From Escherichia coli (GTDB lineage: Bacteria; Pseudomonadota; Gammaproteobacteria; Enterobacterales; Enterobacteriaceae): a stretch of 64,000 bases of DNA. The stretch lies in NCBI RefSeq assembly GCF_003790525.1, contig NZ_CP033635.1; one strand, written 5' to 3'. Positions 9,316 to 21,647 of the stretch are shown in pieces. The position numbers and the translations under genes are program-made. The notes under the pieces were generated by a model. It worked only from the letters and a program-made list of their open reading frames with translations, had not been told where the DNA came from and did not search any database. Position 1 is the first letter of the stretch. Every line of letters starts with the position of its first letter.

Positions 9316-11855
9316 GCGTTGTCCTCCACCAGAGTTACCGGGATACGTTCATACGGCGTTGCCGGACGGTGCTGTTCGCGCTCTGGCACCATCTGCACGT
9401 TCGGGTCACGCTTGTCGCTGTTGATGAAGTGTTTGAAGCGAGTCTGCGCGGACGGTGTATTGACCGTTTCAGTCCACTCACACACTACCGCTTCACGCAG
9501 GCGCGCCATCTCTTCTTCCAGATGTGCGTTCAGCCCCAGTTTGTCGTCAATGATCACCGCTTTCAGGTAATCGATGCCACCTTCGAGGTTTTCTAACCAC
9601 GGCGCGGTACGCGTCAGTTTGTCGGCAGTACGGATGTAGAACATCATGAAGCGGTCAAGATATTTAATCAGCGTTTCGCGATCGATATCCGCTGCCAGCA
9701 GATCCGCATGACGCGGTTTCATGCCGCCGTTACCGCAAACATACAGGTTCCAGCCTTTTTCGGTGGCGATGATACCCACGTCTTTACCCTGAGCTTCTGA
9801 ACATTCACGGGTACAGCCAGAGACACCGAACTTCATTTTGTGCGGCGTACGGATGCCTTTGTAGCGGTTTTCCAGTTCCACGCCGAGGCCGACGCTGTCG
9901 CCAACGCCGTAGCGGCACCAGGTGCTACCCACGCAGGTTTTCGCCATACGCAGTGCTTTCGCATAGGCATGACCGGTTTCGAAGCCGGCTTCAATCAGCT
10001 GACGCCAGATTTCCGGCAGATCGTCTTTCTGTGCGCCAAACATCGCCAGGCGCTGAGAGCCGGTGATTTTGGTGTAGAGATTAAATTCACGCGCGATACG
10101 ACCTACTGCCATCAGCCCTTCCGGGGTGATTTCACCGCCCGGAGAACGCGGGATCACCGAGTAGGTGCCGTCTTTCTGGATGTTAGCGAGGAAGTTGTCG
10201 TTTGAATCCTGCAGCGGAGTATGTTCCGGCTTCAGAATGTATTCGTTCCAGCAGGAGGCCAGCAGCGAACCGACGGTCGGTTTACAAACTTCACAACCGT
10301 AGCCTTTGCCGTGTTTCGCCAGCAGTTCTTCGAAGGTTTTAATGCCTTCAACGCGGATCAAATGGAACAGTTCCTGACGCGAATAAGCAAAGTGTTCGCA
10401 CAGGTTGTTGTTAACTTCGATGCCCTGTTTCGCCAGTTCCGCGTTCAGTACCTGAGTGACCAGCGGGATACAGCCACCGCAGCCAGTACCCGCTTTGGTT
10501 TCAGCTTTCAGCGCCGCAACGGTGTGGCAGCCTTTGTTGATAGCTGCAATCAGATCGCCTTTGGTGACGTCGAAGCAGGAGCAGATTTGCGCGCTGTCCG
10601 GCAGTTTATCAACACCGATAGACGGCTTACCGCTACCTGAGTGCGCCGGCAGAATCAGAGAATCCGGGTTTTCCGGCAGTTCGATAGCGTTCAGCACCAG
10701 TTGCAGCAGGTTGCCGTAGTCGCTGGTATCGCCCACCAGTACCGCACCGAGCAGGGTTTTGTTGTCTTCGCTGACAATCAGGCGTTTGTAGATCTCTTTG
10801 CTTTCGTCGAGGTAAACGTAGCTACGTGCGCCAGGCGTGCGACCATGCGCATCACCAATACCGCCTACGTCTACGCCCAGCAGTTTCAGCTTAGCGCTAA
10901 GGTCAGCACCTTCAAAGGCGTTTTCGCTACCAAGAATATGGTCAACGGCGACCTGCGCCATTTTGTAGCCTGGTGCTACCAGACCAAATACACGGTTGTT
11001 CCAGCTTGCGCATTCACCGATGGCGTAGATATCCGGATCGGAAGTCTGGCAGGAATCATTGATGACAATACCCCCACGCGGAGCAACGTCCAGACCACAC
11101 TGGGTTGCCAGCTTATCGCGCGGACGGATACCGGTTGAGAAGACGATAAAGTCGACTTCCAGCTCGCTACCGTCGGCAAAACGCATGGTTTTACGCGCTT
11201 CGACACCTTCCTGCACAATCTCAAGGGTGTTTTTGCTGGTGTGAACGCGCACGCCCATACTTTCGATTTTGCGACGCAGCTGCTCGCCACCCATCTGATC
11301 AAGCTGTTCCGCCATCAGCATAGGGGCAAATTCGATAACGTGGGTTTCAATACCTAAGTTTTTCAGCGCGCCAGCGGCTTCCAGACCTAACAGGCCGCCA
11401 CCAACAACGGCACCGCGTTTGCTGCGACGGGCACAGGATTCAATGGCGTTGAGGTCTTCAATGGTGCGATAGACAAAGCAGTCCTGAGTATCAGAACCTT
11501 TGATTGGCGGGATCCACGGGTAGGAACCGGTTGCCATGATCAGCTTGTCATAAAAAACGGTACGTCCGGCGCTGGAGTGAATCACCTTCTCCTGACGGTT
11601 GATGGTGATAGCGCGTTCACCGACCAGAACTTTGATGCCGTGTTTCTCGTAGAAGCCTTCGCGCACCAGCGACAGCTCTTCGGCGGTGTGGTGAGAGAAG
11701 TAAGACGAGAGGTGTACGCGGTCATAAGCGATGCGCGGTTCTTCACAGAAAACGGTAATATCAAAGTTGGCCGCATCAGATTTATCAAGAAGATCTTCGA
11801 TAAAGCGATGGCCGACCATACCGTTACCGATAATTGCGAGTCTGACTTTGCTCAT
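9312..11855 (-). CDS. nirB: NADH-dependent nitrite reductase large subunit NirB
   Basis: 847-aa ORF MSKVRLAIIGNGMVGHRF... Confidence 0.97.
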   Translation of the reverse strand: MSKVRLAIIGNGMVGHRFIEDLLDKSDAANFDITVFCEEPRIAYDRVHLSSYFSHHTAEELSLVREGFYEKHGIKVLVGERAITINRQEKVIHSSAGRTVFYDKLIMATGSYPWIPPIKGSDTQDCFVYRTIEDLNAIESCARRSKRGAVVGGGLLGLEAAGALKNLGIETHVIEFAPMLMAEQLDQMGGEQLRRKIESMGVRVHTSKNTLEIVQEGVEARKTMRFADGSELEVDFIVFSTGIRPRDKLATQCGLDVAPRGGIVINDSCQTSDPDIYAIGECASWNNRVFGLVAPGYKMAQVAVDHILGSENAFEGADLSAKLKLLGVDVGGIGDAHGRTPGARSYVYLDESKEIYKRLIVSEDNKTLLGAVLVGDTSDYGNLLQLVLNAIELPENPDSLILPAHSGSGKPSIGVDKLPDSAQICSCFDVTKGDLIAAINKGCHTVAALKAETKAGTGCGGCIPLVTQVLNAELAKQGIEVNNNLCEHFAYSRQELFHLIRVEGIKTFEELLAKHGKGYGCEVCKPTVGSLLASCWNEYILKPEHTPLQDSNDNFLANIQKDGTYSVIPRSPGGEITPEGLMAVGRIAREFNLYTKITGSQRLAMFGAQKDDLPEIWRQLIEAGFETGHAYAKALRMAKTCVGSTWCRYGVGDSVGLGVELENRYKGIRTPHKMKFGVSGCTRECSEAQGKDVGIIATEKGWNLYVCGNGGMKPRHADLLAADIDRETLIKYLDRFMMFYIRTADKLTRTAPWLENLEGGIDYLKAVIIDDKLGLNAHLEEEMARLREAVVCEWTETVNTPSAQTRFKHFINSDKRDPNVQMVPEREQHRPATPYERIPVTLVEDNA

Positions 11856-11913
11856 TTTTGCCTCGATTTCTTTTCTATTACCGCCTACCTTAACGATTCA
11901 GCAACCCCGCTTA

Positions 11914-11927
11914 TTGATGTAAATCAA
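11914..11927 (-). promoter_or_regulatory. FNR box (TTGAT-N4-ATCAA) of the nirB promoter
   Basis: Perfect TTGATgtaaATCAA palindrome about 60 bp upstream of the nirB start codon. Confidence 0.75.
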
Positions 11928-11940
11928 ATTCACCTTTATA

Positions 11941-11957
11941 TACTCCTTAAGGGGTAT
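11941..11957 (-). promoter_or_regulatory. NarL/NarP 7-2-7 heptamer pair upstream of the FNR box
   Basis: TACTCCT-TA-AGGGGTA inverted heptamers; matches the known nirB promoter architecture. Confidence 0.55.
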
Positions 11958-12116
11958 ATTGCTGATTTGTATAAATTTTCTTAAGTCACGGAATTGTCTG
12001 ACATTTCATGTTTGTACAAAAAACAGACAAATTGAGCGGGTTTATAGAAATAGATGTACGTAGCGCGGTAAGAGAGGAAAAGGCCGGACGACGATAGTGC
12101 CGCCCGGCATGAGCAA

Positions 12117-13298
12117 TTAATGAGAGGTCAGGGTGTTATGCTGACGGTGACGGCTGACGAAACCTAACAGGAAGCACATCACAAAGACGACAGCGTACAG
12201 ACCGTTTGCCGTCAGCAGCGCCGCCTGCGGACCGCTATGTTCAACAATCGGGCCGGTAACCACAAAGGTCAACATAGTACCGATGGTCCCGCAGGTCAGG
12301 ACAAAGTTAACCAGTTTTGGCGACGGTACTTTGGTCTGCTGTGAACCCAAAGTGATGATGGTGGTATAGATCGCGCTGGAGAAGAAGCCCAGGGCGAGAA
12401 TTGACCACGCCATATGTGCCGGTGTTCCGGTGTTAAAGACGTACATCAGAATCGCAGCCAGACCAGCCAGTACGGTCAGAATGCGTTGCAAATCAAAGAA
12501 GCGAAGAATAAAGCTGAACGCCCACATGCCGACCATGTATGACATCCAGAAGTTACTCACCAGCGTGCCCGCGTCGTTCAGGCTCATGCCCAGGCCTTTG
12601 GCATACTCAGGCACCCAGGAGATAAAACCTAACTGACCGAGGATGTAGCACAGTGCCGCAATGGAGAGAAACAGCACGCCGATCCCCCATTTTTCTTTCG
12701 CTACCGGAGCGTCCGTTTTTGGCGCATGTTTACCCAGCGCCGGGAACTCACAGCCGAAGGTCAGAATAAAGATAGCGACGTACACCAGCCCGATGCAGGC
12801 ATAAACCCAGTACCACTCAATGCTGCGCGCCAGCAGAAACGCGGCGATCATTGGGAAAATCATCCCGGCCATACTGAAGAAGGAGTCGGTAAATAACAGG
12901 CGTGAACCGCGCTGACGTCCTTCATACATTTGTGTTACCAGGAATGTACCAATCGACATGGTGATGCCGCTGACCACCCCGAGAATGAACATCGCCGCCG
13001 AGAACAGTGCCAGGCTGTGGCTGAACATCAAACCGGCAACCGCCAGCACCATCAGGAGAAAGCCAAAACGTAACTGCGTTTTCAACGGGACGATTTCCAT
13101 CAGCCAGGCGTTGAGGAAGATAGAGATTAAAATGCCGGCGTTGAGGAAGGTGAAGGTATTACTCATACTGGAAACAGGCAGATTGAAATAATCGGCGATA
13201 TTTCCCATCACCATCCCGGTGACAATAACCAACGCACCGGTCAGTGCGTAGGAGAGAAAGCTAATCCATGTGAGCTTGATGCGATTGCTGTTAGTCAT
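12117..13298 (-). CDS. tsgA: MFS transporter TsgA
   Basis: 393-aa [24 protein letters not shown]..., multi-TM. Confidence 0.9.
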
Positions 13299-13420
13299 GA
13301 TTGGCCTGCGTTCAAAAATAAAATGGCATAGCGGGATATGCCGCGAGCGGGCGATTTTAGGTGATTTTGTGATCTGTTTAAATGTTTTATTGCAATCGGT
13401 TGCTAAATTGCATTTTAAGA

Positions 13421-13436
13421 GGTGATTTTGATCACA
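13421..13436 (+). promoter_or_regulatory. CRP-like site (GGTGA-N6-TCACA) in the tsgA-ppiA intergenic region
   Basis: Near-perfect palindrome; ppiA is known to be CRP-regulated. Confidence 0.45.
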
Positions 13437-13559
13437 GAATAAAAAGTGATCGTCAGGTTACATATATTTCAGATACGTAAAATTAGGTAAAGGGATGGCC
13501 TTGTTCTTGAAGGCTATTTAGAATCTCTTCACTTGCTTTTTTTCTGCTCTGTTTGTTAA

Positions 13560-14141
<582 letters not shown>

Positions 14142-14245
14142 TGATTTCTCGCGCGGGCAATCTTGCCCGCGCTTCTGCTCTCCCGGCGTAACCCGGATTT
14201 GCCGCTTATACTTGTGGCAAATGGACACGTTCAGGGAGGCATCAA

Positions 14246-14413
14246 GTGAAGAAACTCACCGATAAGCAAAAGTCCCGTCTCTGGGAGCTTCAGCGTAATC
14301 GTAATTTCCAGGCCAGTCGCCGTCTTGAAGGCGTCGAGATGCCTTTAGTCACTCTTACTGCCACAGAGGCTTTAGCGCGCCTTGAAGCGCTGAGGAGGCA
14401 CTATGAGCGATAA
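14246..14413 (+). CDS. yhfG: YhfG, small antitoxin-like partner of Fic (55 aa)
   Basis: GTG-initiated [24 protein letters not shown]...HYER whose stop overlaps the fic start by 11 nt; below the ORF-track cutoff. Confidence 0.75.
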   Translation: MKKLTDKQKSRLWELQRNRNFQASRRLEGVEMPLVTLTATEALARLEALRRHYER

Positions 14414-15005
14414 ATTCGGCGAAGGGCGCGATCCGTATCTTTATCCTGGCCTTGATATCATGCGTAACCGGCTGAACATCCACCAGCAGCAGCGGCTGGA
14501 ACAGGCCGCTTACGAAATGACGGCGCTGCGTGCTGCGACCATTGAGCTTGGTCCGCTGGTGCGCGGTTTACCGCATTTGCGCACTATCCATCGCCAGCTG
14601 TATCAGGATATTTTCGACTGGGCGGGGCAACTGCGTGAAGTTGATATTTATCAGGGCGATACGCCGTTCTGCCACTTTGCTTATATCGAAAAAGAGGGCA
14701 ATGCCCTGATGCAGGATCTGGAGGAAGAAGGTTATCTGGTTGGCCTGGAGAAAGCGAAGTTCGTCGAGCGGCTGGCGCATTACTATTGTGAAATCAACGT
14801 GCTGCATCCCTTCCGGGTGGGAAGTGGTCTGGCACAGCGGATCTTCTTCGAGCAACTGGCGATTCATGCCGGATATCAACTGAGCTGGCAGGGTATCGAA
14901 AAAGAGGCCTGGAATCAGGCAAATCAGAGTGGGGCAATGGGGGATCTCACCGCGCTGCAGACGATATTTAGCAAAGTGGTAAGCGAAGCCGGGGAATCTG
15001 AGTAA
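14403..15005 (+). CDS. fic: Fic-domain protein (cell filamentation protein Fic)
   Basis: 200-aa ORF with FIC-like motif [12 protein letters not shown]. Confidence 0.9.
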   Translation: MSDKFGEGRDPYLYPGLDIMRNRLNIHQQQRLEQAAYEMTALRAATIELGPLVRGLPHLRTIHRQLYQDIFDWAGQLREVDIYQGDTPFCHFAYIEKEGNALMQDLEEEGYLVGLEKAKFVERLAHYYCEINVLHPFRVGSGLAQRIFFEQLAIHAGYQLSWQGIEKEAWNQANQSGAMGDLTALQTIFSKVVSEAGESE

Positions 15006-15036
15006 AATAGCGCGGTTCTTTCGTACCGGAGCCGCC

Positions 15037-15600
15037 ATGATCCTGCTTATAGATAACTACGATTCTTTTACCTGGAACCTCTACCAGTACTTTTGTGAAC
15101 TGGGGGCGGATGTGCTGGTTAAGCGCAACGATGCGTTGACGCTGGCGGATATCGACGCCCTTAAACCACAAAAAATTGTCATCTCACCCGGCCCCTGTAC
15201 GCCAGATGAAGCCGGGATCTCCCTTGACGTTATTCGCCACTATGCCGGGCGCTTGCCGATTCTTGGCGTCTGCCTCGGTCATCAGGCAATGGCGCAGGCA
15301 TTTGGCGGTAAAGTTGTGCGCACCGCAAAGGTCATGCACGGCAAAACCTCGCCGATAACACATAACGGTGAGGGCGTATTTCGGGGGCTGGCAAATCCAC
15401 TTACCGTGACACGCTACCATTCGCTGGTGGTGGAACCTGACTCATTACCAGCGTGCTTTGACGTGACGGCCTGGAGCGAAACCCGCGAGATTATGGGGAT
15501 TCGCCATCGCCAGTGGGATCTGGAAGGTGTGCAGTTCCATCCAGAAAGTATTCTTAGCGAACAAGGACATCAACTGCTGGCTAATTTCCTGCATCGCTGA
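15037..15600 (+). CDS. pabA: Aminodeoxychorismate synthase component II (glutamine amidotransferase)
   Basis: 187-aa [22 protein letters not shown]... Confidence 0.95.
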   Translation: MILLIDNYDSFTWNLYQYFCELGADVLVKRNDALTLADIDALKPQKIVISPGPCTPDEAGISLDVIRHYAGRLPILGVCLGHQAMAQAFGGKVVRTAKVMHGKTSPITHNGEGVFRGLANPLTVTRYHSLVVEPDSLPACFDVTAWSETREIMGIRHRQWDLEGVQFHPESILSEQGHQLLANFLHR

Positions 15601-15670
15601 TTTCTGATTGCTATTAAGTGATTTTTTATGCATATTTTGTGATTATAATTTCACATTGATTTATGCGTAA

Positions 15671-16909
<1,239 letters not shown>

Positions 16910-16920
16910 GACGCATCAGG

Positions 16921-16965
16921 CAAAAGATGTCGGATGCGGCGTGAACGCTGTATCCGATGGTTTAG
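16921..16965. repeat. REP-like palindromic element between convergent argD and yhfK
   Basis: Sequence GTCGGATGCGGCGTGAACGCTGTATCCGAT resembles the REP consensus. Confidence 0.4.
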
Positions 16966-16971
16966 CCTGCA

Positions 16972-19074
16972 TTACGCCTTCGAATCCCGCAACTTGCGAC
17001 TCAGCCAAATCCCGTGATGCGGTCGCTGACGCCATGCCATCGACGAAATGGTGTGCATGGTGTTCAGATGACCAATAACCCGCTGTAAATGCTGCTCCAG
17101 CGTACCTGCCGCGCCTTCGTGCGGCTGCATCTCCGGCGCATCCATGATATTGGCATCGCCAGAACTACCCGGTTCGTCATACTCCAGTCGCTGCTGACAA
17201 CGCTGAATGGCGATTTCACAAGACTGTAAATATTCTTGCGCCAGTTCAGGTGGCAATGCCCGGTGTTCCCGTGCCAGCGTGGTCATGGCATTGATATGTT
17301 CAACTATAAACTGACTGTGCGTTACCCACAGTTTCATATCTGCCAGATAATGGCTGTTGAATGCCGGTTCCTGCATCGCCTGATTCAATGAGTTATACAG
17401 AGTGTTATGCGCCTGATTCACCCGCATTCGCTGCCAGGCCAGTGGCGTTGGTTGCGGGTCCTCGCTCAGAATCAAGCGAATCGCGTCCTGATAGGCTTCT
17501 AAAGCGTCATGGGCGTTCTTACGCAATAACCCGCTCTGCCACTGCGGCCACAGCCAGACAGTACCGCCGAAAGCAATTAAACAACCAATAATGGTATCGA
17601 TAAGACGCGGAAGGATGTACTGCTCACCGTTCAGCCACAACAGTTGCAGGGTATACACTGCGGTAATGGTAAAACCGACCGTCGCCCAGCCGTAGTTTTT
17701 GCGCAATATCAGGTAGCTGGCAAGGGTGGTAATCAGCATCAAGGTCAGGGTGTAACCTTCGGGAATTTTAAAGTGCAGCGCCACGCCCGCAATGATTAAC
17801 CCGACCACGGTTCCCACGGAGCGATTCACAATCCTCAGACGGGTTGCGCCATAGCCATTTTGCGTCACCAGCAATACCGTCATCAGGATCCAGTACGACT
17901 TCGGCAGATGCAGCGCGGTGCCCATCAGGCTGGCAACGCTTAACATCACACTGAGTCGTCCGGCATTGCGTAGCGCCGGAGACTTTAGTGACAAATAACT
18001 TTTCAGCGCCGGAAGTAACGGCATTCGCCGCTGTTTATCGGCCAGTAAGTCACGGGCATAGAGCGGTTTTTGGGTGCGCAGCACGCGGGCAATGCGGCTG
18101 AAATGCCAGTAGCAGAATTGCCCAACCGGATTATCCGGGTGTTGGCGGGCGATTTTTTCCAGTGCGCCAATTTGCTTTTCCATCGTAAAACGCGTCGGCA
18201 GGCGATGGTAAAGAATGTCATCAGCCAGCACGCGCAGGCGAGCGGCGACGGTTTGCGCATTCCAGCGGATAACTTCTTCCGCATGGCTACGCTCGACCAG
18301 CTTTTGCACCTCTTCCGGCTGATGCAAACTGACCGAAATATGTTCCTGCAAATCCAGCGCCTCCTGGAAAATACGCAGCATCCGCTTGTAATCGGTATTA
18401 TTTTGCGCGGAAAGCATATGCATTTGCTGATAGCACTGGGTAATTAAATCGACCGCTTTTTGCTGGCGCACCAGCAGCGGCGGCAGCGCTTTTTCAGGGT
18501 CGGTGTGCTGGGTAAGCAGGCTGTATTTGGCTTCACAGTAATCTGCCAGTTCACGGTACAGCAGACTTAGTGACTCGCGTAGCGGTTGTTCGCGCCAGAT
18601 CCAGAACCAAAACCAGTTAAACAATCCGTACCACAAAGTGCCCAGCGCATAGATGAGCAACGGTTCCCAGACCGGCATGTATCCCGCCAGACTGAGGGTA
18701 AAAATGGCGGCGAGCAGCGATGCGGGAAGCAATTTTGCGTGCAATGGCCCCAGCTCAGCAGTGACGCCAAGTACCAGCGTTAATCCGGTCAGCAAAAAGG
18801 GCAGGGGAACATCTTTTGCCAGTAGCACCTGTGTCAGCAAGCTACAGGTGGCAAACAGCGACGCACCAATGATTAAGCGTTTGAAAAAACGTTTATGAGG
18901 CGTATCAAGGCCCGCAATATTGCAACAGGCAGGAACGAGGGAGAAGAGCAGACCGAATCGTAATTCGCCAAGCATTAACCCAACGGCCACGGGCAAACAT
19001 AGCACCAGCGTTTGTCGCAGTGCATAGTTAATATCGGGGTGATAAATCAGTCTGCGCCACATCGGGGGAAACAA
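16972..19074 (-). CDS. yhfK: YhfK, large inner-membrane protein (YccS/YhfK family)
   Basis: 700-aa ORF with hydrophobic N- and central domains. Confidence 0.9.
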   Translation of the reverse strand: MFPPMWRRLIYHPDINYALRQTLVLCLPVAVGLMLGELRFGLLFSLVPACCNIAGLDTPHKRFFKRLIIGASLFATCSLLTQVLLAKDVPLPFLLTGLTLVLGVTAELGPLHAKLLPASLLAAIFTLSLAGYMPVWEPLLIYALGTLWYGLFNWFWFWIWREQPLRESLSLLYRELADYCEAKYSLLTQHTDPEKALPPLLVRQQKAVDLITQCYQQMHMLSAQNNTDYKRMLRIFQEALDLQEHISVSLHQPEEVQKLVERSHAEEVIRWNAQTVAARLRVLADDILYHRLPTRFTMEKQIGALEKIARQHPDNPVGQFCYWHFSRIARVLRTQKPLYARDLLADKQRRMPLLPALKSYLSLKSPALRNAGRLSVMLSVASLMGTALHLPKSYWILMTVLLVTQNGYGATRLRIVNRSVGTVVGLIIAGVALHFKIPEGYTLTLMLITTLASYLILRKNYGWATVGFTITAVYTLQLLWLNGEQYILPRLIDTIIGCLIAFGGTVWLWPQWQSGLLRKNAHDALEAYQDAIRLILSEDPQPTPLAWQRMRVNQAHNTLYNSLNQAMQEPAFNSHYLADMKLWVTHSQFIVEHINAMTTLAREHRALPPELAQEYLQSCEIAIQRCQQRLEYDEPGSSGDANIMDAPEMQPHEGAAGTLEQHLQRVIGHLNTMHTISSMAWRQRPHHGIWLSRKLRDSKA

Positions 19075-19112
19075 AATGGCGCGCTACCAGGTAACGCGCC
19101 ACTCCGACGGGA

Positions 19113-19745
19113 TTAACGAGTGCCGTAAACGACGATGGTTTTACCGTGTGCGGAGATCAGGTTCTGATCTTCCAGCATCTTCAGAATGCGTCCCACGGTT
19201 TCACGAGAACAGCCGACAATCTGACCGATTTCCTGACGGGTAATTTTGATTTGCATACCGTCCGGGTGAGTCATAGCATCCGGTTGTTTTGCCAGATTCA
19301 GCAGAGTCTGTGCAATGCGGCCCGTCACGTCGAGGAACGCCAGGTTGCCCACTTTCTCTGAAGTGACTTGCAGACGACGCGCCATCTGTGCAGACAGACG
19401 CATCAGAATGTCCGGGTTTACCTGAATCAATTGGCGAAATTTTTTGTACGAAATTTCAGCCACTTCACAGGCGGTTTTCGCACGTACCCATGCGCTACGT
19501 TCCTGGCCCTCTTCAAACAGGCCCAGTTCGCCAATAAAATCACCCTGATTCAGATAGGAGAGGATCATTTCTTTACCCTCTTCGTCTTTGATCAGCACTG
19601 CCACAGAGCCTTTAACGATGTAGTACAGCGTTTCCGCTTTTTCACCCTGGTGAATAAGCGTGCTCTTGGATGGGTACTTATGAATGTGGCAATGAGACAA
19701 GAACCATTCGAGAGTCGGGTCTGTTTGCGGTTTGCCAAGCACCAT
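19113..19745 (-). CDS. crp: cAMP receptor protein CRP
   Basis: 210-aa [53 protein letters not shown]... Confidence 0.98.
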
Positions 19746-19860
19746 GCGCGGTTATCCTCTGTTATAAGCTTTCTCCAGAGCCAGATAACGCCGCTGTCTC
19801 TGGATTGCCGAAATATGCTTCCCGCTACCTGGGAAGGGGCTATCAACTGTACTGCACGGT

Positions 19861-19882
19861 AATGTGACGTCCTTTGCATACA
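19861..19882 (-). promoter_or_regulatory. CRP site in the crp promoter region (autoregulation)
   Basis: AATGTGACGTCCTTTGCATACA upstream of crp; matches the known autoregulatory site. Confidence 0.5.
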
Positions 19883-20046
19883 TGCAGTACATCAATGTAT
19901 TACTGTAGCATCCTGACTGTTTTAGCATAGCTTTCGCTTTGTGTCTCCTGGTGTCTCGCTTCAGCATGACCCAGGTCGCCTTCCGTTGCGCGATTTGGTT
20001 AGTACGCGTACTCTGTCAGGAAAATTGACGCAGTGGAGTAGCAAAA

Positions 20047-20451
20047 ATGCAAGCGCGAGTGAAGTGGGTCGAAGGGTTAACTTTTCTGGGCGAATCCGCC
20101 TCTGGTCACCAGATTTTAATGGACGGCAACTCAGGCGATAAAGCACCAAGTCCGATGGAAATGGTGTTGATGGCGGCGGGGGGTTGCAGTGCCATCGATG
20201 TGGTTTCTATCCTGCAAAAAGGGCGTCAGGATGTGGTCGATTGTGAAGTAAAATTGACCTCTGAACGCCGCGAAGAGGCACCACGCCTGTTTACGCACAT
20301 TAATCTGCATTTTATCGTCACCGGTCGCGACCTGAAAGACGCAGCGGTTGCGCGTGCGGTTGATCTCTCTGCTGAGAAATATTGTTCAGTGGCGTTGATG
20401 CTGGAAAAAGCGGTGAATATTACTCACTCGTATGAAGTGGTTGCCGCGTGA
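20047..20451 (+). CDS. yhfA: YhfA, OsmC-family protein
   Basis: 134-aa ORF divergent from crp. Confidence 0.9.
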   Translation: MQARVKWVEGLTFLGESASGHQILMDGNSGDKAPSPMEMVLMAAGGCSAIDVVSILQKGRQDVVDCEVKLTSERREEAPRLFTHINLHFIVTGRDLKDAAVARAVDLSAEKYCSVALMLEKAVNITHSYEVVAA

Positions 20452-20505
20452 TTTAACTATCCCGTTGTGAAGCCGGATAGTATTTTATCCGGCGTAATAG
20501 CAGAG

Positions 20506-21375
20506 TTACTCGATTTTCTTTCCTTCCATCAATCGTTGCACCAGCGGCAGCATAATTAATTCCATTGCCAGACCCATTTTGCCGCCGGGCACCACTAACG
20601 TATTGATGTGGGAAATGAATGAGCCCTGCAACATCGCCAGCAGCCAGGGGAAATCGATCCCTTCCAGATTACGAAAATGGATCACCACAAAGCTTTCATC
20701 CAGCGACGGGATACCTTTTGCCGCGAACGGGTTTGAGGTGTCGACGGTGGGAACGCGCTGGAAGTTAAGATGGGTGCGGGAAAACTGCGGTGTGATGTAG
20801 TTGATATAGTCTTCCATTGAGCGCACTACTGAGTCCATCACTGCTTCTCGTGAGTGCCCGCGCTCGCTGGTGTCGCGGATCAATTTTTGAATCCACTCAA
20901 GGTTAACGATAGGCACCACGCCGACCAGTAAATCCACATGCTGCGCAACGTTATGCTGTGGCGTGACGACGCCGCCGTGTAAACCTTCATAAAACAGTAC
21001 ATCAGTGGGTTCCGGTAAAGGTTGCCATGGGGTGAATGTCCCCGGTACCTGATTCCACGGTACGGCTTCGTCGTAGGTATGCAGATATTTGCGAGATTTC
21101 CCTTTGCCGCTCTGACCGTATTCAATGAAGGTTTGTTCCAGCAGGCCGAAGTCGTTCGCTTCGGGGCCGAAGTAGCTGATATGCCGCCCGGCGTCGCGCG
21201 CTTTGCGGATCGCCATGTCCATTTCCGGGCGGGTGTAACGGTGAAAACTGTCACCTTCCACCTCGGCTGCATGCAGATTTAACTGCGCGAATATTTTACG
21301 AAACGCGAGGCTGGTGGTGGTGGTCCCCGCGCCGCTGGATCCTGTTACCGCAATGACCGGATGTTTGGCAGACAT
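20506..21375 (-). CDS. prkB: Phosphoribulokinase homologue
   Basis: 289-aa ORF with P-loop GSSGAGTTT. Confidence 0.9.
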   Translation of the reverse strand: MSAKHPVIAVTGSSGAGTTTTSLAFRKIFAQLNLHAAEVEGDSFHRYTRPEMDMAIRKARDAGRHISYFGPEANDFGLLEQTFIEYGQSGKGKSRKYLHTYDEAVPWNQVPGTFTPWQPLPEPTDVLFYEGLHGGVVTPQHNVAQHVDLLVGVVPIVNLEWIQKLIRDTSERGHSREAVMDSVVRSMEDYINYITPQFSRTHLNFQRVPTVDTSNPFAAKGIPSLDESFVVIHFRNLEGIDFPWLLAMLQGSFISHINTLVVPGGKMGLAMELIMLPLVQRLMEGKKIE

Positions 21376-21428
21376 AGTAACTCCATGACTTAGCTATCAT
21401 TATTATCTCGTCCGCCGACGGTTGCAGG

Positions 21429-21647
21429 TTATTCGCGAAACTGACTGCGCGGCATGATATTGACCGTTTCGTGCAGCTCCGACCATACCAGCACCGCTTC
21501 TCCGCACTGTAGCTGGCGTTTGACGTCGGCGACTTTCTGTTCAAGTGTACGCTCATGTTCACCATAATCGGTGCCTTCACGTAACACAAAGCTTTCAATT
21601 AAATTTTCCAGCGTTTCGGGGGAGAGGTCTTGCCACGGAATCAACAT
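21429..21647 (-). CDS. yheU: YheU, small protein of unknown function
   Basis: 72-aa ORF; start overlaps yheT stop by 7 nt. Confidence 0.85.
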
